64,000 nt of DNA from Christensenellales bacterium (lineage in GTDB: Bacteria; Bacillota; Clostridia; Christensenellales; DTU072). Both the position numbers and the translations under genes were made by a program. This document shows positions 27,408-36,643 of the stretch, in pieces; the first letter of the stretch is position 1, and each line of letters begins with the position of its first letter. Below the pieces are notes generated by a model. That model had not been told where the DNA came from and searched no databases. It worked only from the letters and a program-made list of their open reading frames with translations. The DNA is taken from positions 326 to 64,325 of the forward strand of contig JBMNTS010000005.1 of assembly GCA_050945855.1 (NCBI GenBank), written 5' to 3'.

Positions 27408-28424
27408 ATGAAGTATATAGAATTTGATTCCAAAAGACCTCTGGACGTGGTGCCGATAGGCAGAATCGCGATTGATTTCAACCCCATAGATTATTTCAAA
27501 ACGCTGGCGGAAAGCGACAGCTTTAAAAAATATCTGGGCGGCTCCCCCGCCAATATCGCGGTGGGACTGGCGCGGCTCAATAAAAAAGTGGGCTTTATCG
27601 GCGCGGTGAGCGACGACCGCTTCGGCGATTACGTGACCGGCTTTTTTGAAAACGAGGGTATTGACACTTCGCAGATTGTGCGCGCCAAAGGCGGCGAAAA
27701 GCTGGGGCTTACCTTTACCGAAATACTCTCCCCCCACGAGAGCAGCATATTGATGTACCGGGACGGTATCGCGGATCTGACCATCGCTCCCGAAAACGTT
27801 AGCGAGGAATATATAAAGAACGCTAAAATGCTTTTGATATCGGGCACCGCCCTGTCCAAAAGCCCGTCAAGGGAAGCCTGTCTTACCGCTCTGCAATACG
27901 CTCAAAACCATAACACCGTAGTGCTGTTTGATATAGACTACCGTCCGTACAGCTGGCAAAGCGATTACGAAATCGCGCTGTATTATTCGCTGGTAGCGGA
28001 AAAGAGCGACATCATTATGGGCAGCAGAGAAGAATATAACCTGATGGAAGCCTTGATAGAAAAAGGCAGAACGGACACCCGGACAGCCGCGTATTGGCTA
28101 TCCAAAAAGGCGAAAATCGTAATTATCAAGCACGGCAAAAAAGGCTCCACCGCCTACACGGGCGACAACAAGAGCTACAGCATCAAGCCTTTTCCCGTTA
28201 CCGCGCTCAAGTCCTTCGGCGGCGGCGACGGCTACGGCTCCGCTTTTATTTACGCCCTGCTTGAGGGAGAGGATATAGAGCAAGCCTTGGAGTTGGGCTC
28301 CGCCAGCGCGTCCATGCTGGTAGCCGCTCACGGCTGCTCACTGTTTATGCCCACTCTTGAACAAATCCGCGCCTTTATCAAAGAGAGCAAAGAAAAATAC
28401 GGCGAAATGGTAGCTAAGGAGTAG
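27408..28424 (+). CDS. iolC: 5-dehydro-2-deoxygluconokinase (PfkB family)
   Basis: FDVVPIGRIAIDFNP...KYLGGSPANIAVGLARL closely parallels the B. subtilis IolC N-terminus. Sits in an iol operon context. The ORF track starts at GTG 27402, but I prefer ATG 27408. Confidence 0.8.
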   Translation: MKYIEFDSKRPLDVVPIGRIAIDFNPIDYFKTLAESDSFKKYLGGSPANIAVGLARLNKKVGFIGAVSDDRFGDYVTGFFENEGIDTSQIVRAKGGEKLGLTFTEILSPHESSILMYRDGIADLTIAPENVSEEYIKNAKMLLISGTALSKSPSREACLTALQYAQNHNTVVLFDIDYRPYSWQSDYEIALYYSLVAEKSDIIMGSREEYNLMEALIEKGRTDTRTAAYWLSKKAKIVIIKHGKKGSTAYTGDNKSYSIKPFPVTALKSFGGGDGYGSAFIYALLEGEDIEQALELGSASASMLVAAHGCSLFMPTLEQIRAFIKESKEKYGEMVAKE

Positions 28425-28428
28425 AAAG

Positions 28429-29190
28429 ATGTTTGATTATCCCGAATATGTGAACAACAAAAAGGTGCTGTCGGAAACAGGCGGCAAAAACGCCGCCATG
28501 ATGATGGATATTACCCTGTATTTAATGGAGGCGGGGGAAAAGAAAACATTTTTTGACAAAGATAAGGAAACGGCGGTATTGCTGCTCAGCGGACGGCTTA
28601 AAGTATCCTGGCAGGATAAAAGCGCCGTCCTTTACCGCAAAAGCGTGTTTGAGCAGGAGGCAAGCTGTCTGCATTTCCCTTGCGGAGTAAGCGCGGAGGT
28701 CGAGGCTGTGGAGCCTTGCGAAATTCTGGCGCAAAGCACGCTCAACGATAAGGTATTTGCGCCCGTTTTGTATAAGCCGGAGGATATTATCCTTGCCACA
28801 TCCTGCGAGGGCAGATGGGAGAATACCGCGGTAAGAAAGGTTAAGACGGTTTTTGATTATTCCGTGGCGCCCTATTCCAATATGGTGTTGGGCGAGGTGG
28901 TCGCGCCCCAAGGGCGTTGGTGGAGTTATATCCCGCACAGCCACCCTCAGCCCGAAGTGTATTATTACAAATTTGAAAGAAAAGAGGGCTTCGGCGCTTG
29001 CTTTATCGGGGAGACGGCGTATACAATAAAGGACGGCTCCTGCGGCGCGTTCGAGGGCGGACTCAATCACCCTCAGGTCACCGCGCCCGGCTACCCTATG
29101 TACTGCTGCTGGATGATAAGACACCTGCCAAATAATCCCTGGACGGACAGGATTGACGATACGAGATATACCTGGTTGCTGAATCAATAA
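28429..29190 (+). CDS. iolB: 5-deoxy-glucuronate isomerase (KduI/IolB cupin)
   Basis: 253 aa. GRWWSYIPHSHPQPEVYYY matches the IolB/KduI core (sSyPpHkH). Positioned between iolC and iolD. Confidence 0.8.
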   Translation: MFDYPEYVNNKKVLSETGGKNAAMMMDITLYLMEAGEKKTFFDKDKETAVLLLSGRLKVSWQDKSAVLYRKSVFEQEASCLHFPCGVSAEVEAVEPCEILAQSTLNDKVFAPVLYKPEDIILATSCEGRWENTAVRKVKTVFDYSVAPYSNMVLGEVVAPQGRWWSYIPHSHPQPEVYYYKFERKEGFGACFIGETAYTIKDGSCGAFEGGLNHPQVTAPGYPMYCCWMIRHLPNNPWTDRIDDTRYTWLLNQ

Positions 29191-29208
29191 TCTTTTTAGG
29201 AGGACAAA

Positions 29209-31101
29209 ATGAATACGGTTAAACTTACCGCGGCGGAGGCCGTAGTACGCTTTTTGGATAACCAGTTTATAGAATACGACGGCGAATTGATTAAATTCGT
29301 GGAAGGCTTTTTTACCTTGTTCGGGCACGGCTGCGTGCTGGGGCTGGGACACGCGCTTGCGCAAAAAAATCACGTGCTTAAAGTGTTTCAGGGCAAAAAC
29401 GAGCAGGGTATGGCGCACGCGGCGATGTCCTTTGCCAAACAGCACAACAGGAAAAAGATTATTGCCTGCACCTCTTCCATAGGACCGGGCGCGGCCAATA
29501 TGATTACCGCGGCGGCGACGGCAACGGTAAACAATATTCCGCTGCTGCTTTTCCCCGGCGACACTTTTGCCTCCAGGCAGCCCGACCCCGTGTTGCAGCA
29601 ATTGGAGCAGCCGCACGATTTGACCCTGACCACCAATGACGCATACCGTCCGGTAGTCAGATATTTTGACAGGATAACCCGTCCGGAAACGGTTATGAGC
29701 GCGCTTATCAACGCGATGCGCGCTCTTACGGACACCGCGCATGCCGGAGCGGTGTGCATAGCCTTTCCGCAGGACGTACAAAGCGAGGCGTACGATTACC
29801 CCGAGGAGTTTTTTGCCCCCCGAGTGCATAAAACAGGCCGTCCGCAAGCGGTAAAGGAAGAAATTGAGGAAGCGGCAAGCCTAATCAGATCCGCCAAAAA
29901 GCCTCTTATTATCTGCGGCGGCGGCGCGCGGTATTCGGAAGCGGGCAAGGCGCTTATGGATTTAAGCGAGCAGTGCAATATCCCCATTGCGGAAACGCAG
30001 GCGGGCAAAAGCACCCTCCCCGCCTCTTTTCCGCTTAATCTGGGCGGCATAGGCGTGACGGGCAACCTTGCCGCCAACACCGTAGCCAAAGACGCGGACG
30101 TTATAATAGGCGTGGGCACACGCTTTTCGGACTTTACCACCGCAAGCAAGTTCTTGTACGCCCAGGCCAAAGTCATTTCCGTAAGCGCGGCGGCGTACCA
30201 CGGCTACAAGCTGGACGCGCTAAAGGTGACGGGCGACGCCCGCGCGGTGCTGTTGCAGTTGACGGAAAGCCTTAAAGGCTACAAGAGCGGCTACACAGGC
30301 GAGATAGCCGCCGCGAAAGCGGAGTGGGAGCGGGAATATGAGCGGCTTGCCTCTCTGACCTGTAACGACCCGCCCGAAGTCAGCGAAAGGACAGAGGATT
30401 GCTTGGAAAAGTTCAGCCTTGCCACGCAAAGCAAACTCTGCCAGACCACGGCGCTTGCGTGCGTGCGCAAGCATATTCCGGCGGACGCTATTGCGGTAGG
30501 CGCATCGGGCAGTCTGCCCGGCTGCATGCAAAGGATGTGGACTACGGACGTGCCCTACACCTATAATATGGAATACGGATTTTCCTGTATGGGCTATGAG
30601 ATAGCGGGCGCGCTGGGCTCCAAATTGGCGGACGGCGCAAAAGAGGTTTACGCTTTCGCGGGAGACGGCAGTTTTCTTATGCTGCATTCGGAAATGGTTA
30701 CCGCCCGCCAACTGGGCATAAAAATCAATATTCTGCTGTTCGACAACGGCGGATTCGGCTGTATTAACAATCTTCAGATGTCACAGGGCATCGAAAGTCT
30801 GGCTACCGAGTTCAGGGATGTCAACAACGATTTTATGTATATTGATTACGCCGCCGTAGCGCGGGGATACGGTTACACCGCGTATACGGTAAGGGATATC
30901 GAAGGCTTGCAGGCCGCGCTGGAAGCCGCCCGCAAAGAGGACAACGGGGTGCTGATAGACATCAAGGTGCTGCCCAAGACCATGACGAGGGGTTACGAGA
31001 GCTGGTGGAACGTGGGCTGCTGCGAGCTTCCCAAGACCGAGGAGCAGGAAAAAGCGTTACAGGACAGAAAAAATCATTTAATAAAAGCAAGAAGGTATTA
31101 G
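29209..31101 (+). CDS. iolD: 3D-(3,5/4)-trihydroxycyclohexane-1,2-dione acylhydrolase (TPP-dependent)
   Basis: 630 aa. N-terminus KLTAAEAVVRFLDNQFIEYDGE is as in IolD. TPP-binding GDGSFLM...NGG motif. Confidence 0.9.
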   Translation: MNTVKLTAAEAVVRFLDNQFIEYDGELIKFVEGFFTLFGHGCVLGLGHALAQKNHVLKVFQGKNEQGMAHAAMSFAKQHNRKKIIACTSSIGPGAANMITAAATATVNNIPLLLFPGDTFASRQPDPVLQQLEQPHDLTLTTNDAYRPVVRYFDRITRPETVMSALINAMRALTDTAHAGAVCIAFPQDVQSEAYDYPEEFFAPRVHKTGRPQAVKEEIEEAASLIRSAKKPLIICGGGARYSEAGKALMDLSEQCNIPIAETQAGKSTLPASFPLNLGGIGVTGNLAANTVAKDADVIIGVGTRFSDFTTASKFLYAQAKVISVSAAAYHGYKLDALKVTGDARAVLLQLTESLKGYKSGYTGEIAAAKAEWEREYERLASLTCNDPPEVSERTEDCLEKFSLATQSKLCQTTALACVRKHIPADAIAVGASGSLPGCMQRMWTTDVPYTYNMEYGFSCMGYEIAGALGSKLADGAKEVYAFAGDGSFLMLHSEMVTARQLGIKINILLFDNGGFGCINNLQMSQGIESLATEFRDVNNDFMYIDYAAVARGYGYTAYTVRDIEGLQAALEAARKEDNGVLIDIKVLPKTMTRGYESWWNVGCCELPKTEEQEKALQDRKNHLIKARRY

Positions 31102-31103
31102 GT

Positions 31104-31997
31104 ATGACAAAAATCAGATTAGGTATTGCGCCCATAGGCTGGACTAATGACGATATGCCCGATTTGGGCGCGGAAATTTCTTTTGAAAGATGTATCGGCG
31201 AAATGGCGTCGGCGGGTTACGAGGGCACAGAGATAGGCAACAAATATCCCAAAGACCCCGCTTTGCTTAAAACGGAATTGGCGAAAAAAGGGTTGGTAAT
31301 AGCCAACTGCTGGCACAGCACTTTTATTTTAACCCGTCCTTTTTCCGAAGTGGAGGAGGATTTCAGGCAAACCTGCCAAAAGCTGAAGGTGCTGGGCGCG
31401 CGCGTGGTGGGCGTAAGCGAGCAAAGCTACAGCATTCAGGGTACGGACAAAGGCGTTTTTGAGGAAAAATACGTAATGAACGCCGCCGAATGGGACAAGC
31501 TTGCGCAAGGGCTTAACGCGCTGGGCGGCATAGCAAAAGAGTACGGAATATCGCTTACCTTCCATCATCACATGGGCACTGTGGTGCAGTCGGAAGAGGA
31601 AATAGACACCCTTATGGCGGCAACGGATAAGGAGCGGGTATCCCTGCTTTACGATTCCGGTCACGCCGCTTACGCGGGCGCGGATTACGTAAGGGTAATC
31701 AATAAGCATATAGACAGGATAAAACATATTCACCTGAAGGATATAAGGAAAGAGGTTATAGACGAGGTAAAAGCCAAAAAACTCTCTTTCCTGCAGGGGG
31801 TAAGGATGGGCACCTTTACCGTGCCCGGCGATGGCGCGCTGGATTTCGCGCCCATATTCGCCCTTGTAAAGCAGTCGGGATACAGCGGCTGGCTGCTGGT
31901 GGAGGCGGAGCAGGACCCCGCGATAGCCCCGCCGCTGGAATACGCGAAAAAAGCAAAAGCATATATGGATAATTTAATAAAGAGGTATGATTTATGA
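31104..31997 (+). CDS. iolE: inosose (2-keto-myo-inositol) dehydratase
   Basis: MTKIRLGIAPIGWTNDDMPDLG... matches the IolE N-terminus. The track ORF start at 31005 lies inside iolD, and the ATG at 31104 follows the iolD stop by 2 nt. Confidence 0.85.
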   Translation: MTKIRLGIAPIGWTNDDMPDLGAEISFERCIGEMASAGYEGTEIGNKYPKDPALLKTELAKKGLVIANCWHSTFILTRPFSEVEEDFRQTCQKLKVLGARVVGVSEQSYSIQGTDKGVFEEKYVMNAAEWDKLAQGLNALGGIAKEYGISLTFHHHMGTVVQSEEEIDTLMAATDKERVSLLYDSGHAAYAGADYVRVINKHIDRIKHIHLKDIRKEVIDEVKAKKLSFLQGVRMGTFTVPGDGALDFAPIFALVKQSGYSGWLLVEAEQDPAIAPPLEYAKKAKAYMDNLIKRYDL

Positions 31998-33019
31998 TTA
32001 ATGTAGCTATCATAGGCGCGGGCAGAATAGGCAAGGTGCATGCGGAAAGCATTTACACCAGAGTAAAGGGCGCGAAAGTTGTCGCTATCGCCGACCCATT
32101 CTTGACCGAGGAAACCGTCTCCTGGGCAAAAGGGCTGGGCATTGAGCGCTGCGAAAAGGATTACAGGCCGCTGCTTGCGGACAAGAGCATTGAGGCGGTG
32201 CTGATTTGCTCTTCCACGGATACGCATTCCGCGATATCCATAGAGGCGGCAAAGGCGGGCAAGCATATCTTCTGCGAAAAGCCCATTGACCACGACGTGG
32301 AAAAAATCAAACAGGTGCAGGCGGCCGTGGAAAGCGCGGGCGTAAAGTATCAGGTAGGCTTCAACCGCAGGTTCGACCATAATTTTATGGCGGCAAGGCA
32401 GGCTGTGGAAAGCGGCAGCATCGGCGAGCTTAATTTATTAAAAATCGCCTCCCGCGACCCCGCTCCCCCGCCCGTATCCTATATCAAGGTCAGCGGCGGA
32501 CTGTTTTTGGATATGGCTATACATGACTTTGATATGGTGCGCTATATTTCCGGCTCCGAGGTGGAGGAGGTCTTTGCTTACGGCGCCGTTCTGGTGGACG
32601 GGGAAATCGGCAATGCGGGAGACATAGACACCGCGATTATTTCCATGAGGCTGGAAAACGGTGCGCTGGCCGTTATCGACAACTGCAGACGCTCCGCTTA
32701 CGGATATGACCAGAGACTGGAAGCGTTCGGCAGTCTGGGGCAGGCTTCGGTAGGCAACGACACCGCCGCCAATCTGGAAATAGCTTCGGAAAAAGGTATG
32801 ATTTCCCAAAAACCGCTTTATTTCTTTTTGGAAAGGTACATGGACGCTTATGCCAGAGAAATAAAAATGTTTGTGGATTCGCTGACAAACGACACCCCCA
32901 CGCCCGCGGGCTTAAAGGACGGACTTATGGCGGTGGTAGTGGGGCTTGCCGCCAAGGAATCCTTGGACAGGCACGCTCCCGTCAAGGTGAAAGAAATATT
33001 GCGTAAATATAATTTATAA
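31994..33019 (+). CDS. iolG: myo-inositol 2-dehydrogenase (Gfo/Idh/MocA family)
   Basis: INVAIIGAGRIGKVHAE Rossmann motif and the EKP motif (CEKPI). ATGA overlap with iolE. Confidence 0.75.
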   Translation: MINVAIIGAGRIGKVHAESIYTRVKGAKVVAIADPFLTEETVSWAKGLGIERCEKDYRPLLADKSIEAVLICSSTDTHSAISIEAAKAGKHIFCEKPIDHDVEKIKQVQAAVESAGVKYQVGFNRRFDHNFMAARQAVESGSIGELNLLKIASRDPAPPPVSYIKVSGGLFLDMAIHDFDMVRYISGSEVEEVFAYGAVLVDGEIGNAGDIDTAIISMRLENGALAVIDNCRRSAYGYDQRLEAFGSLGQASVGNDTAANLEIASEKGMISQKPLYFFLERYMDAYAREIKMFVDSLTNDTPTPAGLKDGLMAVVVGLAAKESLDRHAPVKVKEILRKYNL

Positions 33020-33020
33020 T

Positions 33021-33455
33021 ATGGTTGTTCTTTCCTATGCGGAAAAGCTTGCGCCCGTCCACGCTAAGACGCATATCAGGCTGCCCTTTATCATAGAGGG
33101 GGAGCATAAAAGGTTGCGCATAAACTATTCCTATACTCCCAAAGCACTGGAGGATAACGGTAAGGCGCTTGCGCTTATCGCCGAGGGTCTGGAGAAGTGC
33201 GGAGAGAGCGTTGACAACGCGAAAGACTACCTGCCCGTGGTCAATCTTATTACATTGTCTTTGGATTCACCGGCGGGCTACATAGGCGCGGCGCACAGGC
33301 ATATTAACACGCAGCGGCATATTATCGGCGCGGAGTATTCAGACAGAGGCTTTATTAAGACGGAGATTATTCCGGGTGAGTGGAGTATTACCCTTTCCTG
33401 CCATTACATAGCGAGCGAAGAAGTATCTGTGGCAATAGAGGTGGAATGTGAATAA
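33021..33455 (+). CDS. hypothetical protein (144 aa)
   Basis: Starts 1 nt after the iolG stop and overlaps the next gene by 8 nt. No SD and no recognisable motif. Coding status is inferred from the tight coupling. Confidence 0.5.
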   Translation: MVVLSYAEKLAPVHAKTHIRLPFIIEGEHKRLRINYSYTPKALEDNGKALALIAEGLEKCGESVDNAKDYLPVVNLITLSLDSPAGYIGAAHRHINTQRHIIGAEYSDRGFIKTEIIPGEWSITLSCHYIASEEVSVAIEVECE

Positions 33456-34395
33456 GTATTTCCCCTACGAATTGCATTGCCACACTACCGCTTCGGACGG
33501 CTCCATGAGCGCGGAAAAGCTTATATCCGCCGCGAAGGAAAGGGGATTTACGGGGATTGCCGTAACCGACCACAATACTTATTCCGCTCTGGATGAGGCG
33601 GAAGCGATAGCAAATAAAGCCGGGTTTGTGCTACTGAAAGGCATAGAATGGACTACCTTTTGGGGGCATTTGACCGTTTTCGGCGGCGAAGCGTTTGATT
33701 GGCGCGCGTTAACTTCGCACAATATCGACGAGGCGCTTGGCAGGGCAAAAAGGCAGGGCGCGCTTATAAATATCGCTCATCCTTTCCGTTTGGGCGAGCC
33801 CGTATGTTCGGGGTGCAGGCTGGAGTATCCCATTAACGATTACGAAAATATCGCGGGCTATGAGATTATGAGCGGACCTTATCCTTACATGCAAATATAC
33901 AACCGCAACGCTATAGCGGCGTATGATAATTTGCTTAAAAAGGGCTACCGCCTTGCCGCTCTTTACGGATACGACTGGCATTCGCGGGACAGCGAGGTTT
34001 GTTACGCCGCCACATACCTGCCCGCGCAAAATCCGGCGGACGCGCTTGCGGCAATAAAGGCGCAGGACACTTTTGTGTCTGTCGGGCTTAATCTAAGCCT
34101 TATGATTGACGGAACACAGACCCCTTTCGGCTCCACAATAATGGGCGGAGAGCATATTGTCAAAATAACAGTATGGGCGGACAATCCCGCGCTCAGGGAT
34201 AAGTTCGGGCTTGTTCCCAAAGAGATTAGCCTAAAGGGCAACGCAAGGGAATATACCGTCTGCGCGGATTGCGGGATAATTAAGGCGGAGATGGAAGAGG
34301 GTTATTTCAGAGTGGAAGTGCGGGGAGATATAGCGGATTGCGCGGACGCGCTGATGCTTTCCTCAAGCCCCGTTTATGTTAAAGGAGGCAGATAA
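33448..34395 (+). CDS. PHP-domain metal-dependent phosphoesterase (CehA/McbA-like)
   Basis: ELHCHTTASDGSMSAEKLISAAKERGFTGIAVTDHNT is the classical PHP N-terminal motif set. GTG start. Confidence 0.75.
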   Translation: MNKYFPYELHCHTTASDGSMSAEKLISAAKERGFTGIAVTDHNTYSALDEAEAIANKAGFVLLKGIEWTTFWGHLTVFGGEAFDWRALTSHNIDEALGRAKRQGALINIAHPFRLGEPVCSGCRLEYPINDYENIAGYEIMSGPYPYMQIYNRNAIAAYDNLLKKGYRLAALYGYDWHSRDSEVCYAATYLPAQNPADALAAIKAQDTFVSVGLNLSLMIDGTQTPFGSTIMGGEHIVKITVWADNPALRDKFGLVPKEISLKGNAREYTVCADCGIIKAEMEEGYFRVEVRGDIADCADALMLSSSPVYVKGGR

Positions 34396-35031
34396 ATGCT
34401 TATTACCGCTCATGGCGGCGCGCTTAATACGGGACGCAACACGCCGAAATTCTTCCAGACGATAAAAGGCTACGAGGTGGACGTCATAGAGGTGGATATA
34501 TACCGGGCAGCGGGAACTCTTTATATTTCCCACATGCCTAAGCTGTTTTACAAAAGAGCGCTTACGCTGGCTTATGTATTTGATTATCTCAAGGATACTA
34601 ACTTTAAGGTCAATTGCGACGTCAAAATGAACGCTCTTGTCGCCCCCGTGACCGAACTTGCGCAAAAGCATAACGTCGCAGACAGGCTGATTTTTACGGG
34701 CGCGGTAAGCCGCAAGGACATAGCGGCCGCCACCGCCGGCGACATTTACCTTAACGCTGCTTTTTTTCTGCCCATGAGGATAAATACGGAGAATCTGGAG
34801 AGGGTAAAGCAAATTATTGACCGGTTGAACAGCGGACATGTCAAAGGGCTTAACCTCAATTACAAAAAAATTGACGACGCCTTTCTGGATAAGGCAAAAG
34901 AACTTGGCATCCCCTTATCCTTATATACAGTGGATGAGGAGGCAAGGCTTGCCGGGTTGTTAAAGAGGGAAGAGCTTGCCAATATTACCACCAATATTGT
35001 GGACGCGGCGATAAAATCTCGGGAAAAATAA
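34396..35031 (+). CDS. glycerophosphodiester phosphodiesterase (GDPD)-like protein
   Basis: ITAHGGA and EVDIYRAAGTLYISH resemble the GDPD HRG / E.D....G....HD motifs. RBS AAAGGAGG. Confidence 0.65.
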   Translation: MLITAHGGALNTGRNTPKFFQTIKGYEVDVIEVDIYRAAGTLYISHMPKLFYKRALTLAYVFDYLKDTNFKVNCDVKMNALVAPVTELAQKHNVADRLIFTGAVSRKDIAAATAGDIYLNAAFFLPMRINTENLERVKQIIDRLNSGHVKGLNLNYKKIDDAFLDKAKELGIPLSLYTVDEEARLAGLLKREELANITTNIVDAAIKSREK

Positions 35032-35104
35032 AGTCGGCGCGTATTTCTTCACGAAAATCAATGTAAAAAAATTTAATTTTGCGCCTAGAGTGCCTTTTAT
35101 TTGC

Positions 35105-35134
35105 TTGTGTATCGGCAATAAAGTGATGTATAAT
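35105..35134 (+). promoter_or_regulatory. candidate gdh promoter
   Basis: TTGTGT - 18 nt - TATAAT, about 70 nt upstream of the ATG at 35204. Confidence 0.4.
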
Positions 35135-35203
35135 TTAACAGTTGATTACCGTTTTTACAGTTTAAAGCATAGATATTTATACAAAGAGGTATATAATAAT
35201 TTT

Positions 35204-36451
35204 ATGAGCAAGTACAACCCGTTTGAGCAATTTCAGGCAAATTTGGATATGGCGGCCGAGGCGTTGGATTACAGCAGAAAGGATTATGAAACTTTCCGTT
35301 ATCCAGAGCGTGAGTTAACCGTTTATGTTCCGGTGGAGATGGATGACGGCTCCATAAAGGTTTTTAAAGGATACAGGGTGCAGCATTCCACGGTCAGAGG
35401 GCCGGGAAAGGGCGGCATAAGATTTCATCAGGACACGGACCTGGAAGAAGTCAAGGCGCTGGCGGGTTGGATGAGCTTAAAATGCGCGGTTGCCAACATA
35501 CCTTACGGCGGCGCGAAAGGGGGAATATGCGTTGACCCCTTCAAATTGTCCAAAGGAGAGCTGGAGCGGCTTACCCGCAGATATACTTCCATGATAGCGC
35601 CCATAATAGGGCCGCATAACGATATCCCCGCCCCCGACGTCAACACCAATGACCAGATAATGGCGTGGATGATGGATACCTATTCCATGCTTGCGGGATG
35701 CACCACGCCCGGCGTGGTTACGGGCAAGCCTTTGGCGATAGGCGGCTCATTGGGCAGAAAGGAAGCTACGGGCAGAGGGGTAATGTTCATTACCAAAGCG
35801 GTAGCGGAAAAATTGGGTATTAAGATGCAAGGCCTTCGCGTTATAGTGCAGGGCTTCGGAAACGTCGGCTCCACAACGGCGGCGTTTCTTGCAGAGCAAG
35901 GCGCAAAAATCGTGGGCATAAGCGATATTAGCACCGCTATTTACAATGAGGACGGCATTGACATACCCGAAGTGCTGCGCCAGAAAGGGAACGGATTGCT
36001 AGACAAAGTAACCGTGCCCGGGGAGAGAATACCCCTTAATAAAATACTTACGGCGGACTGCGACGTACTTATCCCCGCCGCGCTGGAAAACCAGATAGTG
36101 GAAAGCAACGCGCGCGACATTAAAGCTAAGATTATCGTGGAAGCCGCAAACGGTCCCACATCAGTGGAAGCGGACAAGATTTTGGCGGAAAGAGGCATTA
36201 TCGTTATACCCGATATCCTCGCCAACGCGGGCGGCGTGGTGGTAAGCTATTTTGAATGGGTGCAAAACCTGCAATCCTTAATGTGGGAAGAAGCGGAAGT
36301 AAACCAAAGAATGAAAAAGCTGCTCATTACCGCGTTGTATAAAATCATTGGCATTGTGGAGGGCAAAGGCGTATCCTACCGCAAGGCGGCGTATATGATA
36401 GCCTTGGAGGCGCTTTGCTCCAGCATGAAAGTAAGAGGTATTTTTCCTTAA
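35204..36451 (+). CDS. gdhA: glutamate dehydrogenase (Glu/Leu/Phe/Val dehydrogenase family)
   Basis: GYRVQHSTVRGPGKGGIRFH catalytic-lysine motif and NAD(P) site QGFGNVG. The track start at 35090 adds 38 non-homologous residues. The ATG at 35204 gives the usual roughly 415-aa protein. Confidence 0.9.
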   Translation: MSKYNPFEQFQANLDMAAEALDYSRKDYETFRYPERELTVYVPVEMDDGSIKVFKGYRVQHSTVRGPGKGGIRFHQDTDLEEVKALAGWMSLKCAVANIPYGGAKGGICVDPFKLSKGELERLTRRYTSMIAPIIGPHNDIPAPDVNTNDQIMAWMMDTYSMLAGCTTPGVVTGKPLAIGGSLGRKEATGRGVMFITKAVAEKLGIKMQGLRVIVQGFGNVGSTTAAFLAEQGAKIVGISDISTAIYNEDGIDIPEVLRQKGNGLLDKVTVPGERIPLNKILTADCDVLIPAALENQIVESNARDIKAKIIVEAANGPTSVEADKILAERGIIVIPDILANAGGVVVSYFEWVQNLQSLMWEEAEVNQRMKKLLITALYKIIGIVEGKGVSYRKAAYMIALEALCSSMKVRGIFP

Positions 36452-36474
36452 TCAGGTGAAAAATATATCAATCG

Positions 36475-36514
36475 AAAGGGCGCCTTCTTATTGAGTAATA
36501 GGGGGGCGTTTTTT
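36475..36514 (+). terminator. rho-independent terminator of gdh
   Basis: 12-bp stem CGCCTTCTTATT-gagt-AATAGGGGGGCG (including G:U pairs) followed by TTTTTT. Confidence 0.7.
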
Positions 36515-36517
36515 CGT

Positions 36518-36602
36518 GTGTCCTGCGGACACATGATGTACTCACCGGCGGGAGCATGATGTACAAGGCTACGCCTTGCATGATGTGTAAAGACTGCGTC
36601 TT
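36518..36602 (+). repeat. hairpin array with conserved (C)ATGATGT(A/G) spacers
   Basis: GTGTCC-tgc-GGACAC / ATGATGTA / CTCaCC-ggc-GGGAG / CATGATGTA / CAAGGC-tac-GCCTTG / CATGATGTG / AAGAC-tgc-GTCTT. Period 23-24 bp. Confidence 0.7.
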
Positions 36603-36643
36603 GACATTATAAGTGACGTGTAACAGCTCCCTTTTAGCTTTTA

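Noticed and set aside
28522-29847. 441-aa minus-strand ORF spanning the iolB/iolD junction
   Set aside because: It is antisense to two well-supported iol genes and crosses their intergenic spacer. The product is Arg-rich and unrecognisable.
31005-31103. Upstream extension of the iolE ORF (track start 31005)
   Set aside because: It lies inside iolD. The homologous IolE N-terminus begins at the ATG at 31104.
35090-35203. Upstream extension of the glutamate dehydrogenase ORF (track start 35090)
   Set aside because: The added 38 aa are AT-rich, non-homologous and overlap the predicted promoter. The ATG at 35204 gives a canonical N-terminus.
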